Shown: positions 12,460 through 24,239, counted from the stretch's first letter. The stretch: 55,031 bases of DNA from Prorocentrum cordatum (GCA_963575745.1 CAUYUJ010000190.1:62001-117031); one strand, 5' to 3'. The notes: generated by a model not told the origin, from the letters alone. Program-made: numbers and translations.

Positions 12460-12510
12460 ATGCTCCGGCTGCTGCGGGAGCTCGACCTCTTCCGCAAGCT
12501 TCCTTCGGAG
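12460..12510 (+). CDS. ERGIC3/Erv46-like ER-Golgi vesicle protein, exon 1 (3' end 12510 or 12517)
   Basis: MLRLLRELDLFRKLPSE matches the family N-terminal L+.lD.(F/Y).K.p.(D/E) pattern; not in the ORF track. Confidence 0.75.
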
Positions 12511-13066
12511 CGACAGGGTAAATTTCGATCCGATCGATCCAGCTCGACATCGATTCCGGCTGGCTCGACAACGTACTGATCAGGTAAGGGCAGGTTTTTC
12601 CTTGTTTTTGGGTCCTACGTGCCCTTGCCATGCCCCCTTACCGTCAAACAACGACTCAGGATGGAAAGCTGGTCCTGGGGAAAAGGTTGAGACTTCTGGG
12701 GGCGCCGTATGAAAAGTCAAGGAGTTGAATCTGTGGGTTCGGGGCTTTGTTGGCCCGCCTTCCGATATTCCGACGATTCGGTGCGGTCTGATGCTTGCAT
12801 GGCGCCGTTGCGCATCCTGGCGCAGCCGGTTTGATGTTTGTTTCTGTGCCGATGCAGCTCCCGACGCGCATTCCAATTCGATCCGATCTCCCGATTCGAT
12901 GCTGACTGGTCCTGCCATGAGACTCGCCGCGGCCCCCCGAGTTCAGTCCTCCTCTCGGAGGAGGATCGAAGGATGAACAACGGAATGAGGATATCAACTT
13001 TCCTGAGGTCCGCGTAGATTTCCCGGGGTTCCCCTGCTGGCGCCTTTGGTGCCGCCCCCTGGCGCG

Positions 13067-13087
13067 CTGGGGTCAGGCACCGATCTC
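13067..13087 (+). CDS. ERGIC3/Erv46-like, putative micro-exon 2 (LGSGTDL)
   Basis: Supplies the expected L..GT segment after KLPSE. Both flanking introns show inverted repeats ending at these boundaries, and it joins in frame to 20524. Confidence 0.45.
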
Positions 13088-13227
13088 AGAGTTCCGTTCG
13101 GGCCTCCGAACATTTTACGTCTGTGCAGTTTGTTGTTCCTCTCAGCGAGGAGGAGAGTCAACCCAAGACTCGGCGACCACACGCGAACCCTGCCCCACCA
13201 CCCCATCATTTCTCGGGGGGAGGGCTA

Positions 13228-14841
13228 AGTGGGCACTGCTTGAGGACCACGGGCCCCCAAACATAATCTTGGAGGCACTTGGAGATCAGGAAATAGTCGA
13301 GGAGGGAGGTGGACATCTTGGCGTCGAGGGTAGGCCCCGCAGGAGCCAGCATGCAGGTGCCCGAACGCGCACAGTCGTCGGACCGGATCAGCTTGGAAGG
13401 GGGAGAGGTCGAAGTCGCCTGCGACCAAAATCGGCGTGCGATGCTCCTGTCCGAGCTGCGCGACCCTCGCGAGCAGGGCGAGTTGGAAACACTTCGAAGG
13501 TTACCCACCTGACGGACAGCCGGCGGCGGCGCGTCGCCCGCGGGCGGGGTGGCTTTCCCCTGGCCGCGCTGGCGGATGCGGCGGGCTGCCTCTGAGGCGG
13601 CGGGTCCCGCTGCTCCGCTGATCTGGAGCTGGATCGTCTTGTCGAGCGCCTGCGCGATGCGCTTGGCGCCCGCCTCCGTGTCCTTCGGCTCCTTGGTGTC
13701 CGTGAGCTCGGCGTCCGAGTCCTGGTCCGCTGGCTTGTCTTCGGCCGCCTCTGGCGCGGCCTGCGGCGGGGCCTCGACCGCCGTCGGCTGCGCGGCGGCC
13801 GCGTCCACCGATGGCGGCGGCGCCGCTGCGGCGGCGATCTTGTTGTGCTCCGCGTTGAGCTTCGTGGCCATGGCGTCGATCTCCCGCTGGAGCTCCGAGG
13901 TGAAGGCCAGGCCGCCGAACTTGGCCTAGACGAAGGCTGCGAGGGTGTCGGCGGCAGTCTCGGTCGGGGCGTGCCTGGCCACGGCCGCCGTCGCTGCCAC
14001 CTTGAACTGGGCTTCCAGCTGCTGGATCTCCGTTCGGATCTTGGAACACTCCACTCGCCACCTCCGCGTACTTGCCGCTGAGCTCTTCCGCTTTCTCGAT
14101 GTGCCACTGCGCGTCCTGCCCTTTCCCGCGATGCGCTCACGCTGGGCCCCGCGATCTGGGCACTGAGGCGCCGCGTCTGCCGATCTGGCGACCTGGAGGC
14201 CAAGGCCGTGTCTTTGGTCGCCTCGAGCTCCTCCTGCGCCTGCTTGTGGGGTTGGCCGCCCACGCCTTCGATGCTTCGCCAAAAGGCGACCGCCTTGATG
14301 CAGACGGCGACGGGGTCCAGGTCGGTGGCTCCGCCGGGTTCGGCCGCGACGCTGTCGTCGAAATGAACGGCACTGCGAGACCATCTGTTGCCTCTGCTCC
14401 TCGACGAGGGACGTGCTGGGGCAGGTGTTGGAGCCTGAGCCGAGGTAGCTGCAAAACTGGCACCGCATTTCCCACAATGACGGTGCTGAAGATCGGCCCA
14501 AGACCATCCCCCACATGACGGTGTCGAGGAGACCATGCAACCTCTCTTGGCTCGTGACTGGCTCCTGGCCGCGCGTCGATCTCGCCCCTCCCGACCGCGG
14601 CGGCTGTTCCCTGCGGGCGGCGCGTGGCGCGCCATGCTGCCAGCGCGCACCGCCAGGCACAGGGCGAGGAGGCGGAGGCCACGGCGGTGGCCCCTCGGGG
14701 CCGCGAACAAAAATCAGTAGTGGGGCTGGACGCTGGCCGAGGCAACCAAGCCTGAGGAAGGGGCTGCCCTTCCACCTCGACCTCGGGCCTCGGAGTCGGG
14801 ACGGGGAGGCGTTCCCCGCCTTGAGCCAAAATGGCCACGGG
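13228..14841 (-). mobile_element. Decayed non-LTR retrotransposon (LINE) 5' portion: SL, 5' UTR, broken ORF1 and AP-endonuclease fragment
   Basis: ORF1 from ATG ~14635 with Cys motif CGGWSW..CGKCG and a coiled-coil-like segment, frameshift ~14150, stop 13926-13928. At 13230-13430 VAGDFD, APAGPT and LDYFLIS..PLSP resemble APE GDFN/IDY/SxH motifs. Confidence 0.65.
14820..14840 (-). other. Genomic copy of the dinoflagellate spliced leader
   Basis: Minus strand reads CCGTGGCCATTTTGGCTCAAG, 20/21 identical to the SL core CCGTAGCCATTTTGGCTCAAG. Confidence 0.9.
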
Positions 14842-14842
14842 G

Positions 14843-14970
14843 GGAGGAGGAGGAGGAGGAGGAGGAGGAGGAGGAGGAGGAGGAGGAGGAGGAGGAGGAG
14901 GACGACGAGGAGGACGAGGAGGACAAGGAGGGGAGCAGGAGGAGGAGGAGGAGGACGAGGAGGAGGAGGA

Positions 14971-15004
<34 letters not shown>

Positions 15005-15345
15005 GGAGGAGGAGGAGATCCAGCGAGCTTGCAGGCAGGTTGGTCGGCCGCCCCTCCCCCATCCCATTACAAACTGCACTTGCCCTTGGAAACCGTTGTC
15101 TGGGGCCGCTTTCTCGGCCCGCGGAAACGGACGGCAACGGAGCCAATCGGAGCCAAGAGGAGGAGGAGGAGGAGGAGGAGGAGGAGGAGGAGGAGGAGGA
15201 GGAGGAGGAGGAGGAGGAGGAGGAGGAGGAGGAGGAGGAGGAGGAGGAGGCGAGGAGGAGGAGGAGGAGGAGGAGGAGGAGGAGGAGGAAGATGAGGAGG
15301 ACGAGGAGGAGGAGGAGGAGGAGGAGGAGGAGAGGGAGGAGGAGG
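14843..15345. repeat. (GAG)n microsatellites in two blocks
   Basis: Read directly from the sequence. Confidence 0.95.
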
Positions 15346-16639
15346 GAGTATATCAACATACTACATACTGAATGCGATGTGCCACGACATCTAGATGCGG
15401 AACCCTCTACTGATTATGCCTCTCGTAGCGCCCTCGGAAATTTGGGCGCGCGCGGAACGCATGTTCAGTCTTGCCCCCCCCCCGTAGGATCCTCTGACTC
15501 CCCCCGACCCTCTCAACGAGCGAAGTGCGGCTCTTGCTCAGGGCCTACAGTGGACAGGGCCGGTGCTGCGATGCCCGTGGATAGAAACAGAGCAAGCGCT
15601 GATTGGGTGCATGCCCGGACGTGGTTTGCTGCTGAAGATGCGCTCTCCTATTTCCACTCGCTCCCCTTCTTCAGCTCCGCCTCACAACACCACCACCACC
15701 TCATCCATACTGCCCTCACCGAGGGTCATGAACAAGTCAATGCCGTGCTTAGTTGGGCTTGCCGCTGCGTAAATTTGGCGTCGGCATGTTCAGCACCGTG
15801 CCGTTAGCCCTGGCGGTCAATACGCTCGCATCGGTCGACTCGCTCGGTATATTATTGCCCACTTGAGGACGGTCAACGCTGGGAATGCAACTTAAATGCA
15901 CACCCTGGCGGCCAGCTAAAGATGCTCGCCGAGGGCCTTGCTGGTGTACCTCCTCCACCTCCAACATCATGCTCCTCTCGGCCGATCCTCGACCCCCCCA
16001 CCTCCCAGGTAGACGGTCCACGCATGCCCATGCAACCAGACCAGAAACGCTGATGCAGATGCCCTTGGCCCTGCCCTCGCCTTGGGTCAGGTCTATGATA
16101 TTCCTCCGCCTCCGCTTGAATGCCCTCACCGAGGGTCATTGTTTGAAATTGCGGCCTGGGTGATGCGAGTGTGGTTCATCGTGGGCCATCGCTTGAACGT
16201 GCGGCCTGGGTGATGCATGTGGCGTGGATGCCGTCACCGAGTGTCATCGCTTGAAACTGCATCTTGGACGAAGTCAGCGCTGATCCCCTCCACTATCTCA
16301 CACACGTCCACCATCCTCCCGCCGATCCAATCGAAACAAACCCTGAACTTGCAACCACCACCGAGGGACAGCGCTCAGTGCAGGCACGGCAGCACGCTCA
16401 ACAAGGGTTGCCCAAGGACTGCTACTGGCCACAACAAACACGGCATGGTATCGGTACCTTCTAGCGACGGTGTGCAACCTGTTTGCGCAGCTCATCGTTG
16501 CCCCAGTAACATCCACAGAGTTCCCTCCTGCGCTCCCCCACCTTCCCCGCCAAATCCCAGCCGAGTGCCCTCGTCGGGGGCAAATAATGTGAACGCGAGC
16601 TAATGGAACATTGTACCTCGCGGACCTAATTTGGATGGT

Positions 16640-16947
16640 GATGCAGAGGATGATGATGCTGCTGATGATGATGATGATGATGCTGCTGATGATGATGATG
16701 AGGATGCTGATGACGATGATGATGATGATGATGAGGATGATGATGAGGATGATGAAGATGATGAGGATGATGATGATGATGATGATGATGATTATTGATG
16801 ATGATGATGATGCTGCTGCTGATGATGATGATGGTGATGTTGATGCTGATGCTGCTGATGATGATGCTGAGGATGATGAAGATGATGAGGATGATGATGA
16901 TGATGATGATGATGATGTTGATGATGATGATGATGGTGATGTTGCTC

Positions 16948-16989
<42 letters not shown>

Positions 16990-17168
16990 CTGATGATGAT
17001 GAGGATGATGAAGATGATGATGATGATGGTGATGATGATGCTGATGCTGCTGATGATGATGCTGAGGATGATGAAGATGATGAGGATGATCATGATGCTG
17101 CTGCTGATGATGCTGCTGATGATGATGATGATGATGATGATGTTGATGATGATGATAATGATGATGAT

Positions 17169-17233
<65 letters not shown>

Positions 17234-17238
17234 CTGCT

Positions 17239-17305
<67 letters not shown>

Positions 17306-17323
17306 CTGCTGCTGTGCTGCTGC

Positions 17324-17409
<86 letters not shown>
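16640..17409. repeat. Long imperfect (GAT)n microsatellite
   Basis: Read directly from the sequence. Confidence 0.95.
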
Positions 17410-17410
<1 letters not shown>

Positions 17411-17752
17411 CGACAGGGGTGGCGGACCTGCCCGCAGCGGGCAATCAGTCGGCCTCTCCCGGCCGTCCCTTGTCAAGCTCCACCGCGACTTGATCGCGGG
17501 GCGTCCGCGCATGATCCATATTTTGGTGCAAAGTGCACTTCGTATTGCTTTTTGCCAGGGACGGTTGGGGGGTGCTGGCGTTGCACGCAGCAGGCTGTGT
17601 GCCCCCCCCCCCCCGTCGTCCCTGTCAAGAGCCGCGGCGACTCGATCGCGGGGCGCTCGCACGTGGTTCGGAGTTTGGTGCCAGGGGCACTTTTTTTCGC
17701 TGCGTGGGATGGGGGGGGGGCCGTGGGCAGTGTCCTGGGTTCGTCGCCGGTA

Positions 17753-17944
17753 GGGTGGGGGAGGGGGTGTATTCAAAAGGATGGGCACAGATCGGCCCCT
17801 GAGCCTGCTTACGTATCCTCCCCTCCTCCCTCCCTCCCTCCCTCCGCTTGGGTGGGGGAGGGGGTGTATTCAAAAGGATGGGCACAGATCGGCCCCTGAG
17901 CCTGCTTACGTATCCTCCCCTCCTCCCTCCCTCCCTCCCTCCCT
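17753..17944. repeat. Near-perfect tandem duplication, 97-bp period
   Basis: GGGTGGGGGAGGGGGTGTATTCAAAAGGATGGGCACAGATCGGCCCCTGAGCCTGCTTACG... at 17753 and 17850. Confidence 0.9.
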
Positions 17945-18392
17945 CCTCCTCCCTCTTTCCCTTCCTCCTTCCTTCTCTTCTCTCCCTCCCTCCCTGTCTC
18001 CCCCTGGGGGGAGTTGGAGGCGGATCATCGTAGACTGGACTTCAGCTTTTGTACGTTTTTGACAGTCTTCTGGCTCCTGGAGGCGCCTCCATGCTTCTGG
18101 AGATCCCTGCTCGCCCTCACTCGTCCCCCCCTCCTCCGTCCCCCACCCTCTTTGCCCTCTCTCCTCCGCCTTTCTCTGCCTCTCCCCTCCCCCTCCCCTC
18201 CTCAAGGAGGCACGCGTGAGGAGGGGCAAGGCTTGATGGGTGCGGGGGGGAGGATCTGGACCCGTGGTCCTGGCACGGGCCCCTCAGGAGCACCGCGACC
18301 CTGGAGTGGAGGCGCCCGAGTCCGTGGCCGCAGTGCTGGTCAGGGCTCTCCAGTCCGTTTGTATTCAGGAGAACAAAACATTGGCAGAAACG

Positions 18393-20485
18393 TTAAGTCG
18401 GGCGTGCCCCCCTACAGTGGGATTTTCGGCGAAAAATTAAAAATACCCCCAAAATGGTAAAAACATATTCCAAAAATAGTCTGGGGATTATTTACCTAAC
18501 AGCGAAGACTGATAGGCTTCTAGTGGGCTCAAAAGAGAGCATCTTGACTCCCCAGGGGCGTCTGGACGGGTGCCGGGAGAATCTGGGCAATCCGCTGAAT
18601 CGGGGGACTCCCCAGGACTCTTATAGATTCCTACAGAATTTCTTATGGATTCCTACAGGTCGTGTTCCCAGAACACTATTCCCAGGCCACATTTTGAATG
18701 CCCGGAGCCAACTGTATGCCACTTCGTGTTCTTCGTCTTCCCAGAACACCATTCCCAGGCCACATTTTGAATGCCCGGAGCCAACTGTAGGCCACTTCGT
18801 GTTATTTGTGTTCCCAGAACACAATTCCCAGGCCACATTTTGAATGCCCGGAGCCAACTGTAGGCCACTTCGTGATCTTCGTGCTCCCAGAACACCATTC
18901 TTGTACCATATTTTGATTGCCCGGAGCTAACTGTGGGCCACTTCGTGATCTTCGTGTTCCCAGAACACCAGTCCTGTGCCATATTTTGAATGCCCGAGCT
19001 GAGGCAGGCTGAGGCCCGAGGCAGGCTGAGGCCGAGGCAGGCCGAGGCAGGCTGAGGCTGAGGCAGGCTGAGGCTGAGGCTGAGGCAGGCTGAGGCTGAG
19101 GCAGGCTGAGGCTGAGGCTGAGGCTGATGCAGGCTGAGGCTGAGGCAGCTGAGGCTGAGCCGAGGCTGAAGGCAGGCTGAGGCTGAGGCTGAGGCTGAGC
19201 AGGCTGAGGCTGAGGCTGAGGCAGGCTGAGGCTGAGGCTGAGGGCTGAGGCTGAGGCAGGCTGAGGCTGAGGCTGAGGCAGGCTGAGGCTGAGGCAGGCT
19301 GAGGCTGAGGCTGAGGCTGAGGCTGAGGCTGAGGCTGAGGCAGGCTGAGGCTGAGGCAGGCGCTGAGGCAGGCTGATGCTGAGGCTGAGGCTGAGGCTGA
19401 GGCGGCTGAGGCTGAGGCTGAGGCAGGCTGAGGCTGAGGCAGGCTGAGGCTGAGGCTGAGGCCGAGGCTGAGGCTGAGGCTGAGGCCGAGGCTGAGGCTG
19501 AGGTGAGGCTGAGGATGAGGCTGAGGCTGAGGCAGGCTGAGGCTGAGCAGGCTGAGGCTGAGGCCGAGGCAGGCTCAGGCCGAGGCAGGCTGAGCTGAGA
19601 CTGAGGCTGAGGCTGAGGCTGAGGCCGAGGCAGGCCGAAGCTGAGACAAGGTGAGGCTGAATGGGGGGGGGAAGGGGGGGGGAGGAGGGCAGGCTGAGGC
19701 AGGCTGAGGCCGAGGCAAGCCGAGGCCGAGGCAGGCTGAGGCTGAGGCTGAGGCAAACCGAGGCAGGCGAGGCTGAGGCTGAGGCTGAGGCTGAGGCTGA
19801 GGCTGAGGCTGAGGCTGAGGCTGAGGCAGGCTGAGGCTGAGGCTGACGCAGGCTGAGGCCGAGGCAGGCTGAGGCTGAGGCTGAGGCAGGCTGAGGCTGA
19901 GGCCGAGGCAGGCTGAGGCTGAGGCTGAGGCAAGCCGAGACAGGCTGAGGCTGAGGCTGAAACTGAGGCAGGCTGAGGCATCCGTAGGAATCCCTAGGAA
20001 TCCTTATGAATCCGTAGGCATCCTTAGGAATCCGTAGGCATAGTTAAGCATCCTCAGGAATCCTTAGGAATCCTTGGGACTCCCTAGGAATCCTTAGGAA
20101 TCCTTAGGAATCCCCAGGAATCCCTAGGAATCAGGAGTCCTAAGGATTCCTAAGGTTTCCTAAGGATTCCGATGGATTCCTAAGGATGCCTAAGGATGCC
20201 TTAGGAATCCCTAGGAATCCTTAGGATTCCATTGGATCCTAAGGCCGTTGCCGCTGCGACTCTCATTGCGAATGCGACTGCGACTGCGAGAACAGCAGAA
20301 TTCTACAACTGGATTCTCACCTGAATCTCAAGGGGAATGCTTCCAGATGTGCTTATACACATCGCTGTTGGGTTGCTTTGCCGGGATAATTTTTGAGTAT
20401 TTTTTGACCTTTTTGGTGTATTTTTGGGTTTTTTTAAATATTTTTTCGTCGAAAATCCCTCTGTAGGGGGACAGGCCCGACTTAA
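18393..20485. mobile_element. Non-autonomous TIR transposon (8-bp TSD, hAT-like) filled with tandem arrays
   Basis: ~45-bp TIR TTAAGTCGGGC(G/C)TG(C/T)CCCCCTACAG(T/A)GGGATTTTCG; degenerate TSD CAGAAACG/CGGAAGCG. Interior: 73-bp repeats (18660-18995), (GAGGCT)n (18998-19980) and CCTTAGGAAT 10-mers (19980-20245). Confidence 0.8.
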
Positions 20486-20523
20486 CGGAAGCGCCAGCTG
20501 TCGGAGCTCGGCGCGGACTTCTC

Positions 20524-21801
20524 GGGTCGGCGCCGGAGTCCGCGAGAAGCCTGTGCTCGTGCCGCCGTTTCGATCTCCTGTGCATCGCTGCGCTGATTCT
20601 CTCGGAGACGAGGACTTTCCTCGCGCCCGTCGGGAGGCAGCGGTTCGACCTGGACATGAGCAGCTCCGTGGATGCCGCCGCGCCGAGGAAGATGCGGGTG
20701 CTGCTGAACATCACGATACAGGACTTCCCTTGCGTCGGTCTGAGCCTGGACTACCAGGACGCCATGGGCACCAGAGCCGTCGACGTCAGCACGACGATCT
20801 TCAAGCAGCGGCTGCACCAGAACGGCTCGGTGGTTGGCGAGACCACGCAGAACAGCCCCAATGCCGTCTCGCAGGGGGCCGCGGCCAACCCGACCGTCTC
20901 TGGCAACGCAACAGGGAATTCAACATGCGGCCATTGCTACGGGGCGTTGCCAGATGGACAATGTTGCAACACGTGCTCCGACGTTATCTACGCGTACCGG
21001 CTCAAGCGGTGGGCGCTGCCCCGCATCGAGAGCATAGAGCAGTGTAAGCACGATGGGTCTGGCAGGCCTTCTTACCAGCCGCCGCAGATCATACATTTAG
21101 ACGACTACAGCTCGGACGACTACATACCGAAATTCACGAGGCTCGGGAGCCTCTCTCAATCAGGCAGCGTCAGCACGCCCTTCCGGCTGAACTTCTCGCT
21201 CGAACCCCATAGTTCGGGTGCTGCCAACAGAACGTTTGCGCCGCTCCTGCTGAACCTGAGCGACTTCCTCGCTGGCATCTCCCGCTCCACCTCTGCGCCG
21301 GCAGACGACGCAGCGCTGCGCGAGCTGGACGAGGACTCCTCGGGAGACGGCAACGGCTCCAACGGCTCGACGAACTGGACGCTCACGTGGCCCGACTGCG
21401 TGCACCACAACGTCATCATACACGGCACGGACGTCAACGAGGCCCTGCTGACCGACCTGCGGCCGCACGGCGCCACGCAGGGCTGCTGGCACGACGACTG
21501 CTCGCGCTCGGACCAGTTCGCCTGCGACAGGGCCGAGAGCTGCGCCGGCGCGTGCCGCGCCCTGCCCGCGTGCCACTGGTGGAGCTGGGGCTACGAGTAC
21601 GGCGCGGCCAAGTGCTGGCTCCGCACGGGGAAGCACCAGCGCGGCCGGCGCTACGGCTTCTCCTCGGGCTCCCGGGCCTGCGCGCCGAGCTCGCCCCCGA
21701 CGCCCGCGGCCGCGGCGCCCAGCGCGCCCGCGGGGGCGGCGCGGGCTCCGCCGGGGCGCCGCCTGATGAACTGGGACGACGACTACGCCTACCCCAGCCT
21801 G
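20524..21801 (+). CDS. ERGIC3/Erv46-like, large exon 3 (TM1, ERGIC_N, Cys-rich region, PAN/Apple-like insert); 5' boundary uncertain (20524-20575)
   Basis: LLCIAALILSE, MRVLLNITIQDFPCVGLSLDYQDAMG and CGHCYGA..QCCNTCSDVIYAYRLKRW..IEQC are hallmark Erv46/ERGIC3 motifs. Confidence 0.9.
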
Positions 21802-22120
21802 GCGGCGCGCGCCCTGGGGGGGGTGGCGCGGGGGGGGGGGGGGAGGCGGCCCGCGGAGAGGGCGGCGTTGCTTCCGGGGCGGCCCGGGGGCTGCTCTCCG
21901 GAGCCCTCCCGTGGCGGGCAGGGGGGGGCAGCGATAGGGGGGGGGGATGGGCACATGGGGGGGCTGCATCGAACTCCCCTCGCCCATTGATCGCCGACAG
22001 GGGTCTGATAGCCCCACCCCGCCCAGGAACGATTTGCTATCGGGGGCCTATCGCCGATCTTTCGACGATGCGTCGCCGATTCCAGGTCGATGTTTGCCCC
22101 CAGTGCGAGTCCCCCCTATC

Positions 22121-22514
22121 TCGACGGCGAGCCCGGGGGGGGGGAGGAAGTGAGAAGGGGCGGGCCTCCTCAGCAGGCTCGGAAGCCTCCCGGCCTTCCG
22201 AGAAGTTTTGTGCGGCGCCCTCCCTGGAGACACAGAAATCCGAGGCGGGAATTTATCCATATCCACCGCCTGGAGGGTCAGTTCTCGGAGCCTCGACAGG
22301 CGGTGGATATGGACATATTCGGGCCCCCGGGGGCCGAAATATATCCAGATCCACTGCCCGCTGGGGCACCAGGACGTCGGCTCCCAGGCGGTGGATACGA
22401 ATAAATCCCCGCCTCGCAAGAAAGCCTCTCAGAAGGTCGGAGGGCTTCTGAGAAGCCCCGCCGCCTTCTGAGAGGGCCTCCTCCTCCTCGCTTGCCCCCC
22501 CCGCTCGCCGCCGA
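22121..22514. mobile_element. TCGGCGGCGAG-family MITE with a nested second MITE (22241-22416)
   Basis: Outer ends match 10964-11170. Inner TIRs CGAGGCGGGAATTTATCCATATCCACCGCCTGG / CCAGGCGGTGGATACGAATAAATCCCCGCCTCG. Confidence 0.75.
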
Positions 22515-22628
22515 CCAGACACGGGGGTGCGAGTCGCGGAGGCAGGGAGGCGCGCGGCGCGCATGCTTACGCCGAGGGCAGCCGCGCCTCGCGCTGCGCG
22601 GCCCGGGCCGGACAGCTGCTCTTCTTCG

Positions 22629-22756
22629 CAGGGCTGGACCTGAACGTTTCTTTTCGTTTTGTTTTCGCTTTGTTTTTCGTTTCGCTCTGCCTGTTTTCCT
22701 GTATCTCTCTCTGCCAAAACCGAAATCCAGCCAAACAGCGTTCAGGTCCAGCCCTG
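22629..22756. mobile_element. 128-bp hAT-like MITE
   Basis: Perfect TIR CAGGGCTGGACCTGAACG; 8-bp TSD CTTCTTCG/CTTCGTCG. Confidence 0.85.
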
Positions 22757-22794
22757 CTTCGTCGACGGGGCCGGCCTTCATCACGTGGCTCCAG

Positions 22795-22995
22795 AAGGGG
22801 CCCCAGGGAAATTGGTTTTTGAGACGGGCGACGCTCAGGAGGAAAAGAAACAGACAGACACAATTAATCTTCGATTCCATAGAAAATATAGGAAAATATA
22901 GGAAGTGGGGGGGAAGACAGAAACCCAGAAGACATGGGAAAATATGGGGACTATTTTTATCTGTGTGTATTTATTTGTGTGTCCTGGGGCCCCTT
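22795..22995. mobile_element. 201-bp MITE
   Basis: TIR AAGGGGCCCCAGG / CCTGGGGCCCCTT, flanked by CAG on both sides; second partial copy at ~4292-4462. Confidence 0.75.
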
Positions 22996-23429
22996 CAGAT
23001 GCGGATTTCTCAAGTCCGCTCGGCCTCGCCCGCGAGGTCTCTGCGTGACGCCTTCGCTCGCGGTCTCAGAGGTCCCTTTCGCTGGCGTCCCTTGAAGAGA
23101 CGTGTCACTTCCATACATAGGCGAGCGCGCTCCACTGCTCGCAGAGTAACCACTCGCAGATGGTCCGGATCCGCTGCGGGGGACGCACGACCCATTGCAT
23201 TGGGGCACGGGGCTGCCCCGCGCTCGCCGCCGAAGATCGCCGCGCCTCATTTGAGAAGGCCCCTGGCTGCCTCCCACGAGGAGCCCTCCGCCTGCCTGGA
23301 AGGCCTCTAGCTTCCTCTCGTGCCAGGCCTGGAGGACGTGGCCAAGCCAGGGGGGTGGGGCGTCTTCACAGCTCTGCTGGGTGCAGGATGGGCCTGGCCA
23401 GGGAGCAGTGGACATGTATAGATCTCGTT

Positions 23430-23865
23430 CAAGGGAGGAAAATCAATCCAGACCCGATAATTGGCGTTTACTAAAACGTCCCTGGGCGTTTACAAAACAG
23501 CCCTGCCCTGTTCGATTCCTTCTTGGGCCTAGTGCCAAGCCAGGAGGACGTGGCCAAGCCAGGAGGGCGTGCCGTCTTAAGCTCTGCTGGGTTGAGGACA
23601 GGCCTGGTCAGGGATCAGTGGACCTATGTAGATCTCGTCGCCACATTCCGACGCTCCTTGCGACACGGCCCCCGATGACGGGTCCAGCGCCGTTCCCTCT
23701 CCGGGCCGATGCTCGCATTCTGACGCTGGCTTCGCCGCGGTTTCCGACGACGCTGCTGACGCCGCGATGCCCCTCTGAGAAGGCCCCTGCCTCCCAAGAG
23801 GCCCAGAGCGTTTACCAAACGGCCCTGGGCGTTTGCCAAGCGGCCCTGCCCTGCTCGATTCCTTT
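23430..23865. repeat. Dispersed repeat, two related segments here and a third at ~33515-33620
   Basis: GACCCGATAATTGGCGTTTAC.AAA..CCCTGGGCGTTTAC.AAACAGCCCTGCCCTGTTCGATTC is shared. Confidence 0.75.
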
Positions 23866-24239
23866 GCGGGACGGGAACATGACTACAGCCACTGCTTCTT
23901 GTTTGCGCCGCCTTCCAGCCGGCCGAAAAGGAAGCAGTGGTTGTGGTCATTTCCCTGGTGCCAAGCTCAACGAAAATGGGAAATGACCACAGCCACTGCT
24001 GTGTTTCTGCGGGCTGGAAGGCGGCAACAAAAGAAAAGCGGTGGCTGTGGTCGAATTCACGCCCCGCATCCTTCTCTGAGCGCGTTCACGGAGCGACCTC
24101 GCGTTCCAGGGTGGCTCTTTGGGGGGGCGGAGCTTCTTGGACCTCTGCCCGCCGCCCTGCTCCGGGCCCCTCTGAGGAGGCCCCCCTGCCTCCCCAGAGG
24201 CCCTCTCCGCCTGCCCTCGCAGGCCTCTCGGGCCCCCCC

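Noticed and set aside
15360..16610. Unique-looking region with direct repeats TGCCCTCACCGAGGGTCAT (15711, 16121) and GCGGCCTGGGTGATGC
   Set aside because: Possibly a decayed element, but no family or ends could be assigned.
8432..19981. ORFs made of poly-V/L/M/D/H, YIHT or ASAS runs (also 45082-46428 and 51784-52873)
   Set aside because: Translations of microsatellites and minisatellites.
20464..20500. In-frame PDLTEA resembling the ERGIC 'P.DLTE' motif
   Set aside because: Mostly encoded by the transposon TIR and TSD, and preceded by a stop.
22730..22795. Candidate ERGIC exon NSVQVQPCFVDG
   Set aside because: Overlaps the right TIR of the 128-bp MITE and has no homology support.
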